Of a DNA stretch of 64,000 nucleotides, positions 57,676-64,000 are shown in pieces; within the stretch, counting starts at the first letter, position 1; each line of letters begins with the position of its first letter. Source of the DNA: Octopus vulgaris (Eukaryota); contig OX597831.1 in assembly GCA_951406725.2 (NCBI GenBank), forward strand, positions 82,274,001-82,338,000, read 5' to 3'. A model generated the notes under the pieces. It made no database searches, was not told where the DNA came from, and saw only the letters and a program-made list of their open reading frames with translations. A program made the translations under genes and the position numbers.

Positions 57676-60600
57676 CTATATATATATGTATATATCTACA
57701 TCACTGCATATGCATGCACTATGCTTTTACACAGAATTACACTTTGCAATAAATGTAGATAAACTTGCATTGTGCCAAAGGGAATTGTAATGATTCTGTG
57801 GCAACGTCACCGAAATACAGGCAGGACACAGGAATAATTGTCATTGTACAACAACAACAAAATAACCATCTTTTTCACCCACCATCTTGTTGCTACAACC
57901 TACTATCTTCAAAGCACCAATTTTCACTTAGTAGTAGTATCAAGGGATGTGAAAATTTTGATATCATACACCCCAGTACTTTATTTTATCAAGGGGGATA
58001 AAAGTACACTGGTACTTTATTTTATGAAGAGAGATGAGAGGCCAAGTTGACCTTGGTGGAAGGCAAGCTGGAGTAATGATGATGATGATGATGATTACTG
58101 GAAAATTTACAGTGGAATGGAGGTTGAATAATAGTTTATAAAATCAGGTCAGAATTTTAAACAAACCATGTAGAAGGGAAACCAAAACCTACAGTGAACT
58201 CAAAGGTTTGCCGAAGAGTCTTAATAAGACTGAAAAATGAAATATGCTAATTAACTTAATGGTACTCTAGTGTTTGTGCTACACCACAGTCTTCTAATTT
58301 ATAACTATTAGTATCACCTTCATTATAACTGCCACATGGTTAATGAATGTCTTTATGTTTGTATCAATTTCACAGTAATAATTTTAAAGGTAATCTCCAA
58401 GGTCTTCATATTTTCTGCTTATTGAACACCTTTGCAACAGGCGTTACCCATCTTGACCAATCAAATTTGTATTAATGTCATTAGTAATTTGATGGTGACT
58501 GGAGCAGTGTTTAGTGACAGTCTACATTTGTCTCTGTAAATGTGTGTGTGTGTGGAGTTCAACTGAGTTGAAAAAGAATTCAAAATATTCTAATTTTTTT
58601 CAACTGACTTTTATGTTACTCCAGCTAAGGTTTTTTTAAACTGTCGCAGTGGGAATAAGCCATGCTCAGCAAAACCGAAAGTTATGCTGAGAAAATTGTA
58701 AATATTTGACACATGCATTGAGTCCTATATTCAGTCAGTGTTGTGTTTTGTGTTTATGTTTTATGTATATGTATACACACACACACACACCAACGTGTAG
58801 GTATAGTTGTACTTTGGGATGGTTATGCTGGCAATTAAAACAAATGCATTGATCATATTTCATAAAAGTTTTATTATAAAGTAATCAGTTAATTGATAAA
58901 TTCATTAATTAGATAGATCTAATTGATATTAAAACTAAAGTGAAATGCAATCGGTGTGTGTGTTTTCATTAGCAATATGAGCCTTCCAAAGGACAACAGT
59001 GTTTGTCTCTTCGTTTCTTATAAAGAATCTTACAAAACAAATACAGCAACAATTTCTTTTCTTTTTTTTTTTTTTGCTTTGTATTTGCTGATATTTTTCT
59101 TCAAGGAACTTTCAGAATGTGAAATCGATAATTCTAATAGCTGTAAGTCAACACTTTATTTGATATATCTAACCTTCAAGGCAATCAATCAAAGATGTAG
59201 TAGTTATATTTATAATTCACAGAATAGAGATGTTGCAATTATGAGAAGATCCATTCCTACTGTCTTGAAATGGAAGGATGTGTGAGTGTGCAGATGAGAG
59301 AAGAAACAAAAGATCCTGATGTAGAGAAGTCAATAACCAGGAGACTGTCATTGATATTGTTTTCACTGGCTCAGTCTGCCTACCTGTAGACAGTAAACAC
59401 ATGAATAGCTCATCAATATTAGCAGCAACACTCATTTAATGTGTAATTAACCATTGTTTTTCAGTTCCCACACCTAGTTGGGTAATGAACCTGTATTCTT
59501 GTTTAGTGACTATCTTACTCTACTTTGGCAAGTTCAGGTATGTCTGTGCTTTGTTGAAGAGGTCTAACAAGATCAAAACATGAGTGGAGTTATCTCTCTT
59601 ATTACCAAAGCCATTACTGAATATCTTGATAGACTGTCATCTGATGACAGAGGTCTGTTTGAGATGTGTTTAAAATCAGATAGACTAATTTATACGAACT
59701 ATGATCAGGACCACCAGACAACACTTCTCTACTTTTAATGATACAAAAAGCGTGGTGCATGCTTAAATAGCTTTTTCCAGTTTCAGTGTTTTTATTTGAA
59801 GAAGTAGCAAGATGCGTCTCTCCTTCGTACATAATTTTGTTGTAGGAACGAAGAGGCCTGGCTATTGATACACGACAGAGTCCTTAGTTTCAGCTGTGTT
59901 CGGTAACAGTTAGGTGTCCTCACTATTATTGTCATGTGACAGTGTTGGTGGGAGGATATGAACCGGGTATATTGCAGTCAGTGAAATAAGGGTGTGCCCT
60001 TGTGATGTGAAGTTTGATGTGAGCACCATAACTAGCTGTTGGGTCAGTGAGACCCAGTGAAAATATTTTCTTTTTGTGCAGTTTCAGGTAAATCAGCCCT
60101 GATGGAACCTGTCTGTCAGTATGTCACTAACCAATATCCAGAGAAGTTAAACACTTGTCAAATTGATAGTACTCCCTCTGCTTTCAGTCGTTCACAGATT
60201 AATTGTGTGTGCTGTTGACAGTGTCGGATGAACATTCAGTCAACTCATGCATCTACATCCCACACAGTGCAGCCTTGACAGCTTTACAAAGCAATGCAGT
60301 AGGTCCCTATAATATTGACTACAAGCTACAGCATACCTAGATTAGCTTTGAGCCCCTGCATGTGTGGTGCCCCTGCCCAGCATGACCATACCTTAAGATA
60401 GCAATGATCCTTTGACATCCATGAAGCAAGATGACAATTTTGCTCGTTAACATAAATTCACACCTGAAGCCTTTCGTCCAGGTCATCTTTACACAGTAAA
60501 GAATTGGATGACAGCATGAGTAACTTTCAAGATCGTTTTGGGGGATTTTTCACCTTAAATTACATTCCTCAATCTTCTGTGTATTAACACTCTACATATC

Positions 60601-61519
60601 CTCGTTCAAAGTCCATCCAGAAATCTACCATACCATTTATTTGTGGTTCAATAATTCCAGTACTGCTAAAGAATGAGACAAATTCTTCAGTGGATAACAG
60701 ACATGAGATAATTTCCCCAGAGAATCCAGTGCTTCTTTTTAAGAACCTGACAAAATGAGGAATGCAGAATGAAGTATTCCTGCCCAGGAGTATAATAAAA
60801 TACCTGAACTGAATTTGAATTCTTGCCTGTCTCCCTCTGTCGACGTAATCAAATCTCCCATCAAAATTCCAGTTTTCTGCTAGGTTTTTCTCTGTTCCAA
60901 ATGTTACATGTCTTCCTTTTTCTACCAATTTAATGAAGACAAAGACACACAGACAGACTGAACACTAAACAGGCCTTCCACATAGGAAACTATCTTTATT
61001 AGTATATAACTAAAAGGTGGTAGGTAGAGCACTAGGTACCAGTAATTAGCAATGGAAATGAGATTTAGAAAGCAGGGTCGGCTAATGTCTGCATGGCTGA
61101 CGTGAGGAAGGAGGGTGAGCCAGATGCTACATGCCTTCCCATCACTTCTTTCCAGTGAAATGGATAACACCCCATCCATGTGCTCCCTATTTCCACCATT
61201 GTCATTTTGGTATTGAGTCAAATGAATTCATCATGACCTAAGAAACTTGTGCTTTAATTATTGTCGCTAGGTATTGAAGTTGAAATAATTAAGGTAAACA
61301 GAAATAGTTAAGGTAAACATGGAGGAATAATTTGCATTTTTTTTTTTTTTAGATTTTTGTGTATATTCTTTTAAGATTTTAAAATATTGCTTTGAAAGTC
61401 ATGAAAGAGAGAGAGAAAACAATCATTCCAGTTTGAGGCTAAAACTCTGTGATGGTGACTTGTCTCTTCGCTACATAACCAGGTTAAATGTCATTGGCAA
61501 ACAGCATCAATTCACTTAC

Positions 61520-61606
61520 ATGTAGTGGGGCCTCACTGACAGAAGATGGTGGGGCAATAAAGACAATGAAGGGAGCAAACTCAGCCGAACGTAAAGCTTT
61601 CAGATC
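61520..61606 (-). CDS. CASK: CASK penultimate coding exon, variant B (87 nt, DLKALRSAEFAPFIVFIAPPSSVSEAPLH); putative mutually exclusive exon
   Basis: Acceptor ccttttttccag|GAT and consensus donor CAT|gtaagt, phase 0/0, no stop. 13 of the first 20 residues are identical to variant A. Confidence 0.82.
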
Positions 61607-62393
61607 CTGGAAAAAAGGAAAGCGGGACAATGCCATGCGTTTTAATACTAAAGTAAAGAGGTGGGCAGGGGAAGGTAGAAGCCATCAAGCAGGAACTTCC
61701 AGCCGTGGCAAAGCAGCCTAAACAGGTTTTGTTCATCAGTGATTGTTGTTTGCCTTCTTACCTACAAGAAAATATATTTGTATTTTCTTACCTGAGGAAA
61801 ATAGGCTGGATATAATATCACACACACACCCACAGACACTGGCATTACCTTCACCCGTCGCATTCCCTCCAGAAGGAACTAATACCAGACCAGAATATTC
61901 ATGCAAATCTTCAAACAACACATCAAAGAAATCAAAATAGCGTTAATTCTTTTTAAAAGAATGAAAAAGTTTGGTTTCGTCTTTTGAAGCCAAAACTGTC
62001 CTGTAATTTATGTATGCACACATAAGTGCGTGGCTGGATGCATGTGTGTGTGTGTTTATAACACACACACACACACACACACACATTTTGGATGTATTTC
62101 ATTATAACATTAATTTTAAAAAATTTCTTTTAACAAAATGGAAACATTATAGAACTGAATGACAACATATTTTGAATGCAGAAGATTCTACAGACATCTG
62201 AATAAGCTGGTGGCAAGCAGCAGAAAAAAAGCAAATAAGGGACAAAAGGGGTTACAAAAGAAAAAGAAACTAAGGTTTTACACACACACACATGTAAACA
62301 CAGAAGGGTTTGAAGTCAGCTGAAGACAGAAAAGCAATGGGTTGGAGAAGGTTAATATGAGGCATGACACGATGACACCGGATCAAATTTTAC

Positions 62394-62474
62394 CTCAGTC
62401 ACAGCTGGTATCGTAGGGGCTGCTATGAATACCACAAAGGGAGAGAATTCTGCTGTTCGCAACACCTTTACTGC
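62394..62474 (-). CDS. CASK: CASK penultimate coding exon, variant A (81 nt, [27 protein letters not shown])
   Basis: Acceptor ttttttcag|GCA and donor GAG|gtaaaa, phase 0/0. Peptide resembles the CASK GK segment [20 protein letters not shown] recalled from vertebrate CASK, and joins the terminal exon in frame. Confidence 0.9.
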
Positions 62475-63394
62475 CTGAAAAAAATGACAAGCACAAAAAT
62501 ATGTGTAAATGTTAGTCGATGGGGGAGAAATCTGTGGCAGTGAAGAAGACAGACCATTGATAAGCCATTTATTTGAGAGAGATGTTAACTGGAGATTAGT
62601 TATTCATTGAAAACTACAACAGTAATTAGATGGTTTCAGGGAATGTATTCAAGATATTGTATCATAGATGATAATTTAGGAAACAAACTTCAAGTTTGAA
62701 TTCTGAAATCACTATTTGTGCTAATTTTTGTTATTATACCCTGCTATTAATTCTGCTTCAGTACCTGCATAACATAGGGTGCACATGATCCAACCACAGG
62801 TAAACATGACTCAGTTTTGTCCTATAAGAGATACCCAGGGATCAGTATGAAGTTCACTTTTTGGGGGGTCTACATTCACGGCTATTTCTCTTTAGTAGGG
62901 AGATAGAGTCATTCTAAGATATTGGGACCTTTCTTTGTCTTTTAGTGACAAACAATACTCATGATCTTCAATTTTCTTCAGGGTCTACATGATTTTTAAG
63001 AGGAAGTAATCTTCAAACTGGAGTCCCTTCTCAAAAGGTTGCGACATGAACTCTGTTAAAGGCATCTAAGGACCAGGTGGTGGAGTTAAAGTGGGTGACA
63101 AATTAAATCAACCACCATAGTACATCCTGAAAATACCACAAGGTATCTTGTTTGATAGCCTAACAGTTCCTCCTCACTCAACTGGTTTTATGTTATGAAA
63201 TCCCGCAAAAGATGAAAGGCAGAGTTGACGTCTGTCTGCAGTTTGAATTTAGGACACATCCAGGACAAGTAGACCAAACTACGAGGTTGGTATTTGGGAT
63301 AGATCTGAAGAGGATTAATGTACCCCAAAACATTGTTAATTACAGTTTAGTAAAGAAATCTGCTACATTGTGTCAGTCATGTAGTTATCTAACC

Positions 63395-63765
63395 TCTTTT
63401 ACTTGTTTGAGTCATTGGACTGCAGCCTTGCTGGAGCACCACCTTCAAGCATTTTAGTCAAATGAATTGACCCCAATACTTAACTTTTTAAATCCTGATA
63501 CTTATTCTATCAGTCTCTTTTGTTGAATCACTAAGTTACAGGGATAAACACACCAACATTAGTTGTCCAGCAGTGACAGACAGACACACACACACACACA
63601 CATAGATATATGTGACAGGGTTCCTTCAGTTTCTGTCTACCAAGTCCACACAGAAGGCTTTGGTTGGCCTGAGACTATTGTAGAAGACACTTGCCCAAAG
63701 TACCATGAAGTGGGACTGAACCTGGAACCGTGTGGTTGAGAAGCCAGTTTCTTACCACAGCCACA
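63395..63765 (-). mobile_element. SINE family A, intronic
   Basis: Family A tail (cagccttgctggagcaccacc) and core, CpG-decayed. Confidence 0.72.
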
Positions 63766-64000
63766 ATATATTTATCAAACACACATTAATAAACATCATT
63801 TAAGATATATTAATTTGCTTTATAATTAACAGTTTATATTTAGCACAGACAATCAATGAGACAATTAGCATTTAAGTTGTGACCCTTTATGTTCTAATAT
63901 ATAGGGATTACAAAAAAAAAAAGCCCTGCCCCTATGAAGTTATCACTTGAAAGTGTAAAAGACTTGCTAACTTCTATGCAGTCTTAATACTCCCCAAATG

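Noticed and set aside
61849-61908. Possible 60-nt third alternative exon (gaag|ATT...AAG|gtaatg)
   Set aside because: Weak acceptor, a stop codon in phase 0, and no similarity to the GK segment.

Overview
Repeat-rich animal genomic DNA. The SINE families, dense microsatellites and R4/Penelope/RTE content suggest an octopod cephalopod, but this is inferred and not verified. The only host gene visible is the 3' end of CASK/lin-2 (MAGUK guanylate-kinase-like domain) on the minus strand: a terminal coding exon at 51730-51906 and two paralogous phase-0 copies of the penultimate exon (62394-62474 and 61520-61606) that look like mutually exclusive exons. The intron between those copies holds two tandem AG|GTAAG sites and a predicted nested RNA stem. 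The rest is mostly transposon debris: two Penelope-like elements with GIY-YIG domains, Tc1/mariner, Helitron, a hAT MITE, RTE, CR1, R4/Dong-type fragments in (TAA)n, and many tRNA-type SINEs. Several minimal type-I hammerhead ribozyme motifs occur in Penelope-like termini: one with a canonical core, a U3-A8 covariant and an A9C variant. One terminal-repeat copy begins at the predicted self-cleavage site. Most ORFs in the supplied track are microsatellite artefacts. All alignments and folds were done by eye.
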